Assembly: GCA_032718475.1 (NCBI GenBank)
Contig: JAUCBJ010006421.1
Location: 1-35,725, forward strand
Length of the DNA stretch: 35,725 nucleotides
From: Nemertoderma westbladi
Lineage: Eukaryota > Animalia > Xenacoelomorpha
Direction of reading: 5' to 3'
Below, one piece after another: positions 22,181 through 33,735 of the stretch. The notes below the pieces were generated by a model. The model searched no databases. It was not told where the DNA came from and worked only from the letters and a program-made list of their open reading frames with translations. The position numbers and the translations under genes are program-made. The first letter of the stretch is position 1. Each line of letters begins with the position of its first letter.

Positions 22181-25100
22181 ATGTCTTATCGTTCAAGTAT
22201 CAACAAGAGTGCCTCAGACAGTTCGCTTAGCAACCAAGCCTCTAACCTTGACGTAACTGCAATACCAATACATTCTGACCCGGACAGATCTCCAACTACA
22301 GAATTGCCCGAACCAGAATATTCCAGTTCAAATCAGTCAGGCAACCCCATTCTGCCCTCAAAACTAAATCGACCACCCCCAGTCACCAGAACTATCCAAC
22401 CCACTACTGGCCTCGAATCACAACCTGACCGACCGCGAGTGACTGCGACTTCCAATTTATACCGGACGGAAGTCGACACAGACACAGGTTTGAACCTGCC
22501 GTCAGGAATGGACCCACTTATGGCCCCTTCCCCAGGATTATTAATCGGCCTACTAAGGGCCATGCCATTGACAATTATAGGGCCACCGAAAAAGGGTCTA
22601 AAGCTCAAATACTCTCCATGTCTGTCACAGAGATGCAACAGGCTGTATTGCAATATTATAATTATCCAGCATTGGATAAGTTTTTTCCACTATATTCTGC
22701 CACCTCTGATGAACTGACAGCATTGAAGGTACCAGCTGATCCCACAGACCTTACCAAAGTGGGCATGACCCTAAGGGGATTTCAGACCGGATTTGCTAAA
22801 CAAATTTCCGGTTTTGAAACCGCCTTACGGGACCCAAACATAGACAATTCTCCGTCACTCTTCTATGACATTAAGGAGAGAATAATCCGTATACGAATAA
22901 TCCTTTCCGCCTTCCATCAGTCCGCCATCAAGACTGGAGCTGCAGTGATAGAAACTGCGGCCAGTGAAAATATAACAAAATTCGCCTTATCAGCACGTAC
23001 TTGCCTCTCCTTCCAAGGCGAACCCTCTGGTCCTGAAATTCTGGATTCTGATCATCCATCCCTGATTGATGCCCATGATGTTGAAGGATACACTCAGACT
23101 GAACCCAAGACTCAAGCGGCACAAGAAAACGCAATCCGTAAACACCTCGGAGATTACATAAAGCGAGTGGGAGAAGAAGAACTGGTGAGAAGACTATATG
23201 GACATCTCCCGACTAGCCCCACAACTAAGAAGATTCTAAGAGATATCTATCAAGAAATGGATTCAGAAAGTCAATGAGGAGCGATTATGGATTGGAACAA
23301 GGAAGAAAAACAAAACAAATTAAAACAATTAGACAATCAGGCTGAGGATGAATGGTTACGGCTTGAATATGAAGCTGAGAAAAAGAGACATGAACTGGAA
23401 GCCGAGCAACGAAAACGCAAACTGGAATCGGAGGAATGCGAAAATCAGTTTTTAGCAGAACAGAAAAGAAGGCAAACTGAAAGGGAACAAGAAATCATAC
23501 TAAAATAAATCGAATCAATAGAAAAACAACACTCGGAATCCCAGTTAAAGGAAAATAGGACCAAACAATTCAAGTGCTATACCTCTTCTGACGAGTTTGA
23601 CATATAATCGGATAAATCTCAGACTTCCAGAAGTGGAAGGTGATTAGAATGGTCTGAACGCCATCGCCTGCCAGAACTGCCACCTCAACATCCCGCTAAA
23701 TCCGTTAAAAATCCCAAGGAGCTTAGAACTGACTCAGATTCGGACTTTTTCAGACCTATGAAAACCCCTCTAGTGGCGTCAAATATTATTCCCCGTGTGT
23801 TAATAAATCGCTCTAAGCCGAACATGACATCTGCGGCTAATGTAACCCAATCCAAATTAACACCCTTTGGTATTTCGACAACTACTGTAGGTAGTGGCCA
23901 GACAGACAGTCTACAGCACAAAACTTCTACAATATATATGGATAGAAGAATTATGCCCACTGTTCGACCTAAACAGGCGCGACCAATACCTCTGCTGGCA
24001 GAAAGAATGTCCAGCACTGCTTTCGCCCACCCACTTAACACCCACACTCAGGGCCCCAGTCTGTCCCCCATCAACGACTCTCGTGATGGACATCATGCCA
24101 CCTCATGGCCGGTCGTGTCCGTCGGTTTGGTTGAGTCGGTGAGGGATGCGGGACCCATTGGGGCGAAAGGGGGAGTCGCCCGGGCGAACGAAGATTCCCT
24201 TTACAGGGAAATATTAAATGAATCCTCAATAAATCTGCAAGCCATGCCAGAGGCAGTAAATAATAAAATGAAACAATTAAACACTATCGATTTTGAATTA
24301 AATCGATTAAATAAACAACGAGAGGTAGTGAGTGAACAAAATCAGCAACAACAGCAAGCATTGGAAAAGCAACAACAACAATTACAGCAGCATTTAAAAC
24401 AGTTGCATGACGAAGCTGCCAACAACGAGCAATCATGGATTATGCAGCATCAACGTTTGCAAGAGTTGCGAGGTGAATCTGTACAAGCTGCCAAGGTTCT
24501 AGAGGAGCTACACCAAAAGCTGGCTAATTCTCAAGACCTCCTGGCCTCTAACAACGCCGCAGTGGTCAGGAACCCAGACTCTCCTGAGTATCAAATCCTA
24601 AAAAGAGCTTCTAATATAAATGGCATTGAAGCTGAAAATATGTCACACCCTCCTATCTCACTCAATGTTAAAAACCCTGAGTATAGCACAGGGATACAAA
24701 ATGACACACAAAATAATAATAATGTCAACAACCCATACAGGCCCCCCCCCCAGACTAATGTAGGCCTATGTGATAACTCTACCTTTAATACTATGTTTAA
24801 CAGTACTATAGCTCAGGATAGTTTCACCCGCCAATTAGCGCATACTGAAGCGCGTCAAATTACGGTGAAAGAATGGTGAAATTATTAAATTTGATGGAAA
24901 CGAGTTAAAATGGCTTCCATTTAGAGAATATATAAAAGATGGTATATTTAGTTCACCATTACCCAATAGTGCGAAACTATGCTTCCTAATAGATTGCTTG
25001 GAAGGCTATCTGAAGAAATTAGCGCAAAGATATATAGGACACCCACAGGGATTGGAAGAATTATGGAAACTGCTACACATTAGGTATGGAGATGAAGCTT

Positions 25101-26180
25101 CAATAGCCCAATATCTGTATCGAAAGTTGGTTAATCGTAAACATGTGATAACTACTGAAATAATTGAATTTGTGGATGAGATTAAATAAATCTGTAGACA
25201 ACTAGATTGGTTAGACAAACATGAATATTTTGACACCCCGGTCGTTGTTGGAATGATTTCTGCAGCCCTACCCAAAGGTAGTGTATCCACACGATGGGAC
25301 CGCAACGTACTGAATGCAAAACTCCGCAAACAAACCAGCTCTAGGTATGAAGGACTTCATAGAATATCTCGATTATGAATCCTCATTACTTATGATTACT
25401 CAACGTCGTGAGCGCAACCTAAACCCGAAACTCGACAAAAATCCCGCAACTAAACGTCGGGAACGAGTCTAACAAACAGATTTATCCACATGTGAAAAAG
25501 AATCTGAGGGAAGTGAGAGTTCCTATAATACTAAACATACGACACCACAGCGAAAGGATCCTAGATCTCCATCCCCTAGACGCAAAGGTCATTCTGATAG
25601 ACCCTCACGTGATCGTACCCCGGTCCGAACTGTAAAAACTCAACAGACTCAACATTCTGAAGTAAAAACTCTCAAACCAATTATTAAATCAGTATCCTTC
25701 GCTGGCTATTCGCTGTGTAGCAAAGAGTCCCATAGATTATCACAATGTCCTGAATTCATTAAATTATCACTCAAAAAACGAAGAGAAACAGTTAACACGC
25801 TGAGAGTATGTTTCCTGTGCTTATGTCCTGGACACAGCAGAAACAGATGCTATTTAAAAGACACTTATAAATGCGTTAAATGTAATGGTAACCATCACTA
25901 TCTATTACATCACAAAGACATGGTTCCACAGATGGAAGCGAAAGTTCAGTTCACTGATCACTCATCTTACGATTCTTCAGGATGTTCCGAACAAAAATTT
26001 GATCCAGATGAATTTACTACCGATGATGAGAGTTGCAACCATGTAATGGTATACGAAGCCATCACTTATGAGTCGCCAACTACTCCAGAACAGATATCAG
26101 ATGATCAAATATCCCAGCGAACTTCAAACCCAAAACTGCTTGGTGTTCGCGAATTCCCCATTCTACAAGTTCGACTATAG
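22181..26180 (+). pseudogene. gag: BEL/Pao gag (second, distinct family), 3'-truncated at the start of protease
   Basis: Long coiled-coil/Gln-rich N-terminus; IIKFDGNELKWLPF..AKLCFLIDCLEG..LWKLLHIRYG (~24880-25090); triple knuckle CSKESHRLSQCPEF..CFLCLCPGHSRNRC..CVKCNGNHHYLLH (~25710-25910); FPILQVRL. Multiple stops and frameshifts. Confidence 0.88.
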
Positions 26181-26191
26181 ACTACAAGTTC

Positions 26192-27181
26192 GTGTTATGA
26201 GGCGTCCTCCAGGGAAACACACTTGCACCATTCTTGTTCATAATTGTTGTTGACTATGTTCTATGCATGTCCTTAGATCATCATAATGATGATCGGGTGA
26301 TGATAACTCCACCTACTGGCTCCAGAAGTCGAGGAAATCCTGTCAAGTACCTAACTGATCTAGACTTTGCTGATGACTTAGGAGTACTCTCAGAATCACT
26401 AGAGGGAGCCCAAAGGCTCCTCAGCTCATTAGAACATGCTGCTTCTAGTGTTGGTTTTTTTATTAACTCCAGAAAGACCAAAATTTTGACAGTTAACCAT
26501 TGAAAGTCCTCAGCAAGTCTCTGATCGGATGAGCATAAGCTCAAAAGATGGTATGCTTGAGCATGTGGATGACTTCTGTTACCTGGGATCATGGATTGGA
26601 AGTCAGGTGAGGACCTTCGAATACATAAGGGAAAGGCATGGGTAGCCTTGAATACGCTTTCCAGGATTTGGAAGTCAATGAGAATTAATCGGAAACTTAA
26701 GGTCCGATTATTTAGAGCAGCAGTAGTTCCAGTACTCCTCTATGGGAGTCCATGCTGGGCTCTAACTGCTGAGGACACCAAATCTCTGTATGGCACATTC
26801 ACAAGAATGCTACACCGGGTTCATTGTGTCAAGTATAATGCACACATCTCCAACCAGACACTATATTACATTGGAGGTGTCTCATTGGTTCCCCAAGCTT
26901 GACACTAGAACAAAATCGCCTCCGCTTTGCAGGACATTGCTTTCGCCGTGAGGACCAGCCAGTGCATAATCTTGTACTTTGGCAGCCTCATGGAGGGAAT
27001 AAGCATGGTGGACAGCCCATGACTTTCTTGAGATGCATCTTAAAGGAAACTGGCCTTGAAGATGCGGATGATCTAGCAAATGTCATGGGTGATAGGGAGT
27101 TGTGGCGGTGCAATTTTGTCAATCCGGCACAGCATTCTTCAAAATGCAGCTGCAATGCAGCATGCCGATCCTAGTAGTAGT
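26192..27181 (+). mobile_element. 5'-truncated RTE-group non-LTR retrotransposon, copy 2
   Basis: Highly similar to copy 1 along its whole length, with the same 3' end (..GCCGATCCTAGTAGTAGT) but independent stops and frameshifts. Confidence 0.92.
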
Positions 27182-27499
27182 GTGTAAGTATCAATGTATG
27201 TGTGTGTGTCTGCGAGTGTATGTGTGTAAGCCTAAGCATAACCCAGACCGTGATATAAAAATTATATTTTTAATGTTTTTATTATTTTTATTGACATTAA
27301 AACAATTATATTATCCCTCCACATTACAAGCATAGAGTAAACCTACTGTACATCTTTCACCGCTGTTAATTCTTTCTGAGTATTTTCCGCCTCAGTTAAT
27401 CGCTTTCTCACGAAAAATCGTTTCATCTCATACCCGCCAATCCTTTTCACGGATCAGTAGTTTAAGCAATTGTCTTTCCTGTTTTTGTGAAAATTACAT

Positions 27500-27870
27500 T
27501 TATTTTCTACTGTAGAAAATCTGTTGTGAAAACTACACAGAGTTAAAATAATTGTAATATAGTTGATATATTCCCAATTTGTCCATCGATTTTGGTGCGT
27601 TAATGCCAAGTTGGGTAATTAATATTGCAGCCTTCATCAACCCGAATATATATATATTATTTTTATTTTTTAAATGCCTCATCATATACTCTATGAAATT
27701 ATTTTGTGATATATCACCATAATCCCAAGGTAAATGAGATGTCATATCACGCAAATTGTTCACATGGGCTTCATCTAATGCCGATAAGTTAATATTAGGT
27801 GAGGCTTTAATTAAAAACGTCTTTATATTAGTTTTAGTGTATTTAGAATCAAATATAGCAAATTCTTTAA
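27500..27870 (-). pseudogene. Maverick accessory gene remnant (possibly nuclease-fold)
   Basis: MTSHLPWDYGDI..IYIFGLMKA resembles the HxLxWxxG..I.VKG.EK pattern recalled from Polinton accessory proteins; weak. Confidence 0.35.
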
Positions 27871-27880
27871 ATTCTATTGG

Positions 27881-27881
27881 A

Positions 27882-27924
<43 letters not shown>
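27881..27924. repeat. (TAT)n microsatellite
   Basis: About 14 TAT units. Confidence 0.95.
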
Positions 27925-28079
27925 GCTTATTGTCTATCCTATAATATTGAAAATCAACAAAAATAACATTATAAATTTTATTGAATAATGTTTTTAAATA
28001 AACAAAAGTTAAATGTTTAATTACAACGCTTGTTGGTTTATTTTATAATAATTAACAAGCCATTTATTGAATATTATTT

Positions 28080-28440
28080 CATTTATTATTTGATACTTTG
28101 TATGAATTTGATTTACCAAGTAATAAAGACAGCATAGTCCGCAGGACGTCCTTCTAGGATCTTGAAATTACCAATGCGTAGAGCGCCATCTTGTTGAATT
28201 TTTCTCAAGTATGCCATTTTTCGATACATCTGTTTGGATATTTTGTGCCAAATGAATTAAACAATTCAGCTTCATTATCTCGTATATATATCGCCACCCA
28301 ATGAATACCAGGTAGCAGCGCTTTATCAGTATTTACTATTAACCCGTATTCTCTCCGATTGCTATCTATTTTAGGTAATTTATTAGAAGGAAATCCAGGT
28401 CCTCCATTGATAACATACTTAATCGATATGTATTTCTTTC
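28080..28440 (-). pseudogene. Maverick adenain-like cysteine protease
   Basis: LIVNTDKALLPGIHWVAIY..ELFNSFG, then after a frameshift QDPRRTSCGLCCLYY. Confidence 0.9.
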
Positions 28441-28469
28441 CTACTATTTAAGCTTAACTATTGATCATA

Positions 28470-29660
28470 AATATTAAAAACTATTGGTAAATACATTTAT
28501 GGTCTTAACCAACGGATCGGCAAATTTTAATTTTAATTGACCATTAGTATATATCGATGGTTGCGGATCAATAACATAACTGTCGGCTGTTAAATCCCAG
28601 GATATGATAGGGCAAAGAGCTAAATATGATTCGTGGTTTATATTATTACCCCCGTAACCATTAAAATAGTGTTAATGTTCTTCATGAATTGGGTATATTC
28701 AAAAATGTATGTTCCACCAGTAAAATTCAGCTCATATATTACCCTATCTACTGGGAGACCGTCTACAATCAGTTCCACGCATCTGAGATTAAAATGTTCA
28801 AATTTTAGAGGATTGCTTGTTAATTCACCCGAATATAAATTATTTGTAATAAAACCGATAATATCTAATTTGGGTTTTTTGCCATCAAATATGTTTGTTT
28901 GTTTGTAATTTGAGGTTTGCGCGGGAATAGTAAATGTAGTAACCTCTTTTTTTTCAATTCATATTCAATATCATAGCTCTCTAAACCTTTTACATGACTG
29001 CTTTCTATTACAGGATTAACCTCCATTCTCGGGATTAACATTTTAACCTCGTGTAATTCTAAACATAGATTCGCACAGCATTTGCGTTTGGGGTAATATT
29101 TAAAATAAATGAGTTTGATACCTTTCTAAAATGCATTATTAAATCATATCCAGGTTGTATAATTTTACTTTCAGTATCAAAATCAATTATCAATCCGCTT
29201 ATAAATTGCATTTGTTTACTAAAAGAGTCGGCAATGGGGTGTGCACCGGGATTATTTCTTTCCGTGTTCAGATAAAGGTTGTTGAAAGCCCCCAGCCCCC
29301 AATAGCCCATTTTTTGTTTCATATGTAGTAAAAAGTAAATTGGATAAGTACAACTTGTAGAAATAATGGTAATTGCTGTTCTCAACCTGCTTCTCATTGA
29401 GGTCTATTTTAATATCAATCCACATAGTTCCCGAGGGATAATTCAATATATAAATGTGCGAGTTCTCCAACCGTCTATCCCAGCATACAGTACATTTTGT
29501 AATTAATAACGCATCTTGCAGTTTTGCATAAAATTCATTCGAGCGTGGGATAACAAAAGTTACTTCACGTTACTGACTTCTGAGACTAGATACAGGGTAA
29601 ATTGTTTCATAATGCTTTGCTTTAAATTCGGTTTATATTGGCTGCATAGAAAATAAATAT
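28470..29660 (-). pseudogene. Maverick major capsid protein (double jelly-roll, PY-like)
   Basis: ETIYPVSSL..EVTFVIP..FYAKL; VTTFTIPA..NIFDGKKPKLDIIGFI..YSGELTSNPLKFEHFNL..LIVDG; ISWDLTAD..LKLKFADPL. Fragmented. Confidence 0.85.
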
Positions 29661-29699
29661 AATTCTCTAATAATCGACATTATTAAAAAATACTTTTTT

Positions 29700-30239
29700 T
29701 TGCAGTGGTTGTGTTTACCTTTTTTTATTTTCTGTTTTGACCGCGATGAGGTATGTTCATAGACATTAGTTTAGCCGGTCGCTTTAAATCTCTATAAACT
29801 TTTTCTACAACCGATCTTGTTGATGGTTTCATTTTATTTAATGTTTATTGATAACTGTATTAGCTTTCTGATGTAAGACTTACTTACCTTTTGGTATTAC
29901 GTGTTGTCTCATTAATTTCGTGGTAAATGGTAAAGCTTTTTGGAAAACCTTTTTTGCTAATGGCTTTCCAAAGTTCTTTAATTTAGATAAAGCATCTGTA
30001 CGTATTCCTTTCCCATGCTGATCTGTCACCATACCTCTCCGATAACACTGAAATCGTTATTATTTTGAGTTTGGCCCAAATGTGCGAATTTGTTGACCGT
30101 AAGGGTCTATATATGACCCCCCTCGAAAAACAGCAACTAGAGTTGATCCTCACGTTCTACCACCTTTAAAACAGCAATATTAGAGTCTGCACCCCCCATA
30201 TTGTGGTTTACTGTATCTTTGAAATAAATCAGAATCCAT
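29700..30239 (-). pseudogene. Maverick small basic core/pVI-like protein
   Basis: MDSDLFQRYSKPQYGG..AVFRGG..QHGKGIRTDALSKLKNFGKPLAKKVFQKALP: QxGxG motifs followed by an amphipathic basic helix, directly upstream of the major capsid gene. Confidence 0.55.
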
Positions 30240-30246
30240 TTAAATA

Positions 30247-31008
30247 CTAATTTATTTTCCTAAAGTATAAGGTAATAAAAGTTGTCCCGTATTCAATATT
30301 TAAATCTTTTCCTTCTTTGTCTGTAATTTCAATATGAATGTAAGTTATATGATTTTTTTACTGGGATATAATGAATAGTATCCTTAGCAAATTCTTTATT
30401 TATTACCGTACCATATATTTAACATCATCAGGTATCACAATGTGGCGAAGTAAAGCTAAACCAAAATCATTAATATATTCATTTTCAATTATATTAGTGG
30501 TCACGTACATGCTATGTTAGACTTAGGTTCTGGAATAGAATTGGGTGGTTGAGGACATAAAAATACCATTCGGTAAGTATTTTCTTCATTTCCGATAATT
30601 TTTAACCTTTTGTACAATTTTTCGTCTTCAAAATAATTTTAAAATTTGTATTTAAATCCACTCCGAGATTATTTTCTGAAATTCCAAAATAATAGGCTAA
30701 TTGTTGTTGTCCTATAAATAATTCACGTACAGTTTTCCCTAAAATATATTGCAATCTATTTTGCTGTGTATTTTCGACTATCTGTAATTTATCTTTCAAC
30801 GTGCCCATGTTAAAATAATCTATAATGTCATTAATTAATAACATTCTCAATAAATAAAAAATACTTTTCATACCAACCACTCAGTTTTTGTTTGGATTTA
30901 TAGGTAAGGCACCGTGTAAATTGATCTGATAATTACTATTAGTATTACGTGAAAATCAGTTGGACAAGAATTACTCGGTAGCCTAACATCAAATTCATCA
31001 ATCGCCAC
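30247..31008 (-). pseudogene. Maverick minor capsid (penton-like), paralog 2
   Basis: EFDVRLPSNSCPTDF..NTNSNYQINL..VVGMKSIFY; MYVTTNIIENEYINDFGLALLRHI; IHIEITDKEGKDLNIEYGTTFITLYFRK*. Confidence 0.8.
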
Positions 31009-31650
31009 GTATTAACTTAAGTGTTATAAAAGTGCGACCACCGTTGAAATTAATTAATTCACCTTGACCGTCACGTAAAGTAATTAAGATCGTTTTTAGT
31101 TTTTTATTCAACAATGGATAATAACAGATACTTTCATATTAGTGATTAAAATATTTACGGTTTAATGTAATTGAGTGAAAGGACACGTTCTTAAAAGTGG
31201 TGCTAAAGCATCGCCAACAAAAGAGCTTTCAATTATGTCCGTATATATGAAGATAGTGTCTTTATTACGTGTAATGTTTGTTAGCTCTGGAAAATGTAAA
31301 ACACCAATTTCTGAAATAGTTGGTCCTCTATAATTTAAAATTAATATTGGTTGTTCTATATTGCTTAATTCATCTACCACTATCGTACTGTATATATCCC
31401 AATTCGGAATACCCGGACGATTCTGATCCAATAATTTTTTTAAGCCTAGAATTTGTATTAAATCACCATGTAGACTTCATTGTATTTTTTTCAACTTTTT
31501 AGGAAATTTAAATTTAATTCTAGAATTATTTGTATTAAAAATGAATTCGAAATCTTTATATCTCGCCTCAGAATTAAATAGTTTATTTATATCACCAATA
31601 ATGACTTGAATAGAGCTATGCATACCAGGAAATAAACTGTATGATTTGGC
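30998..31650 (-). pseudogene. Maverick minor capsid (penton-like), paralog 1, 5'-truncated
   Basis: IFIYTDIIESSFVGDALAPLLRT; YYPLLNKKLKTILITLRDGQGELINFNGGRTFITLKL. Confidence 0.85.
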
Positions 31651-32831
31651 ATTATTTAATTTATTTTATTGTACAGTACAGGCCACCAGAAAAAGCAGAT
31701 TTCATCCAATGTGGTCACATGTGAACACATTTGTTCAAGTCATCTGATTGGCAGGTTATGGCGAGTTATCTTCTAGATCACACAGCAGGAGGCTAACTTG
31801 CTGGGACCGACAAAGGCTTTGTGTGCGGTGCGCCTGTATGTCTGATAGCAGGTAGATGAGAGAGCCTCCAGGGCGTAACATTGCGTTGCGGACATGGGCT
31901 GTATTGGTAGAGAAGAAACTACATACAAGACCACATGGAGGTTCATGGAGTGTATGGGAGTGGATGGGTATATGGATGGAGGAGCCTAGACCATTGAATA
32001 ATTAATTTAGTGCAGGGAGATCTCGCGCCATTAGTCTGACACCGAGAGGGCATAGAGAAACACCAGAAGATGCCTTAACATCACTAACTATAGGCCTGCC
32101 TACTAGACACTATTAACCGTACACTATAAATTATCGCATTTCCAGCTGCAGTGAGTGACAGTTCGCGGCAAACTACAAAGAGTTTTCAGATTACTAAGCG
32201 TTTCAAAGGTATTCAATTGTATCCTTTGGCGAAAAAAATTTGGTTGTTGCCAATTCAATTATGTTCAATTGTCCAGTTCAACAACATTACATTACACTGG
32301 TACACATTTGATAAAATGTGTTCACAATTGTACAAATCTGCGTTTTCTGGTGGCCTCTACTGTAAATAAAACAAAGTAAAAACTTTTAAACTAAAACCAT
32401 TATAAATGAATAATTGTGATTAAAGTAAGAGATTATATAGCATATTTTCAAAATAAAACCCATAGGGAACAATGAATGGTGAATTGTAATGCTATAAAAA
32501 ATAAAATAAAAAAAGAAACGCGGCACCAACGATGTGTAAAACCCTTCAATATAATACACACATAAATTAAATACATGCAATACAATAGGTATAACTCATA
32601 AATTGATAACATGGCAACGCAGCTTCAAGGTTGGTTGGTTGATGGAAATACGTGTACAATTGATTGTTGGGAATGAAATAGGAGGAATCATTGAGTTGTA
32701 ATCAATAACCGCAAAAAAGTTCAGTATAATAGATAGCGCAGTACAGCGTAGTGTAGTGTATACGCGGTGTGTGTGCGAGTGTGACAGATGGAATGACATG
32801 TTGCCATGCATAGAACTACACTGTAGCTTTA

Positions 32832-33129
32832 TATAGTTTGCTTAGTATGTGTAATATAATAATAATAATAATACTATAAGAGGGGGCAACGACCAGAAGG
32901 ATGATACGATACAAAGTGATACAATGAGTAACTGCAGCGGGAATGCAACCGCAACACGACGTGGCTATGCGTAGTTGATTATCGATCGTCGATTCTTTCA
33001 AGTATATGATGCGAGTAGCAGATGGTCGTCGTAGAGTGAAATTGAGTGAATTTCAATAGTCCTCCCTACAGGATTCCCGTTGAAAAGCATAGGGAGGACA
33101 TTAGCCAGGATACATATTCTTCTACTACT
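32832..33129 (-). repeat. Maverick right TIR
   Basis: Reverse complement of 20533-20842, ending CTACTACT. Confidence 0.95.
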
Positions 33130-33481
33130 CACGTTGGTCTACAGTACAGTGCAGTATGTACTGTATATCATATCCGATCTTCCATGGCTACCCTATCCTT
33201 TGTATTGGTTGCCAGAAAAGCAGATATTTACTTCTCCACCAGTGCCCACTGAGTCTTAATCTGCATTCACAGTGTGATTGATCAGGTGGTATTGTACCAT
33301 AAAGCTCGGCGTGTAATAAGGACATAGGTAGGCCTAGAAAAGAACTAATAATAATAATTTATATTGCTTGTAAAAAAAATATATTCTGAAACAAGTATGT
33401 AGGAACACAATATTTATAGTGTGTAGTACAAGAATAGATTAAAGGTAGCCTATACGAGTGGTTTACAGTAAGTGGACCTAC

Positions 33482-33735
33482 GGCAATAAACCTTTCCGCA
33501 GCATCATTAACAGCCCAATATTCCTTGCAGGACAGGAATGTGAGCTCCTCTTGGAGTTTCCGTTTCTTGGCTAATCTCGTCATGGGCCGATTAATCTTCC
33601 CCGATCGACGGACCTGCTGATCTATTAATCCTTTCAGTATCTGGGAATCGCTTATCGAGAAGACAATTAAACCCAAAGTCAAATTATTCTCTTTGCCAAA
33701 TCGGTTGCTAAGAGTTAAATGTTCCGGTATTTTCT
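33482..33735 (-). CDS. Host gene exon (upstream of the EF-hand exon)
   Basis: Acceptor TTTAG(AG), so the exon starts at 33735 or 33733; donor GCC|GTAGGT, phase 0. Reads KIPEHLTLSNRFGKENNLTLGLIVFS..PMTRLAKK..AAERFIA and joins in frame to ALHSTD... Confidence 0.7.

Larger units (their letters stand above)
20533..33129. mobile_element. Maverick/Polinton, decayed and internally deleted
   Basis: Long TIRs starting AGTAGTAG; 6-bp TSD CATGTC/CACGTT (both derivable from CACGTC by CpG transitions); adenain protease plus major and minor capsid remnants. No pPolB, integrase or ATPase recognised. Confidence 0.93.
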
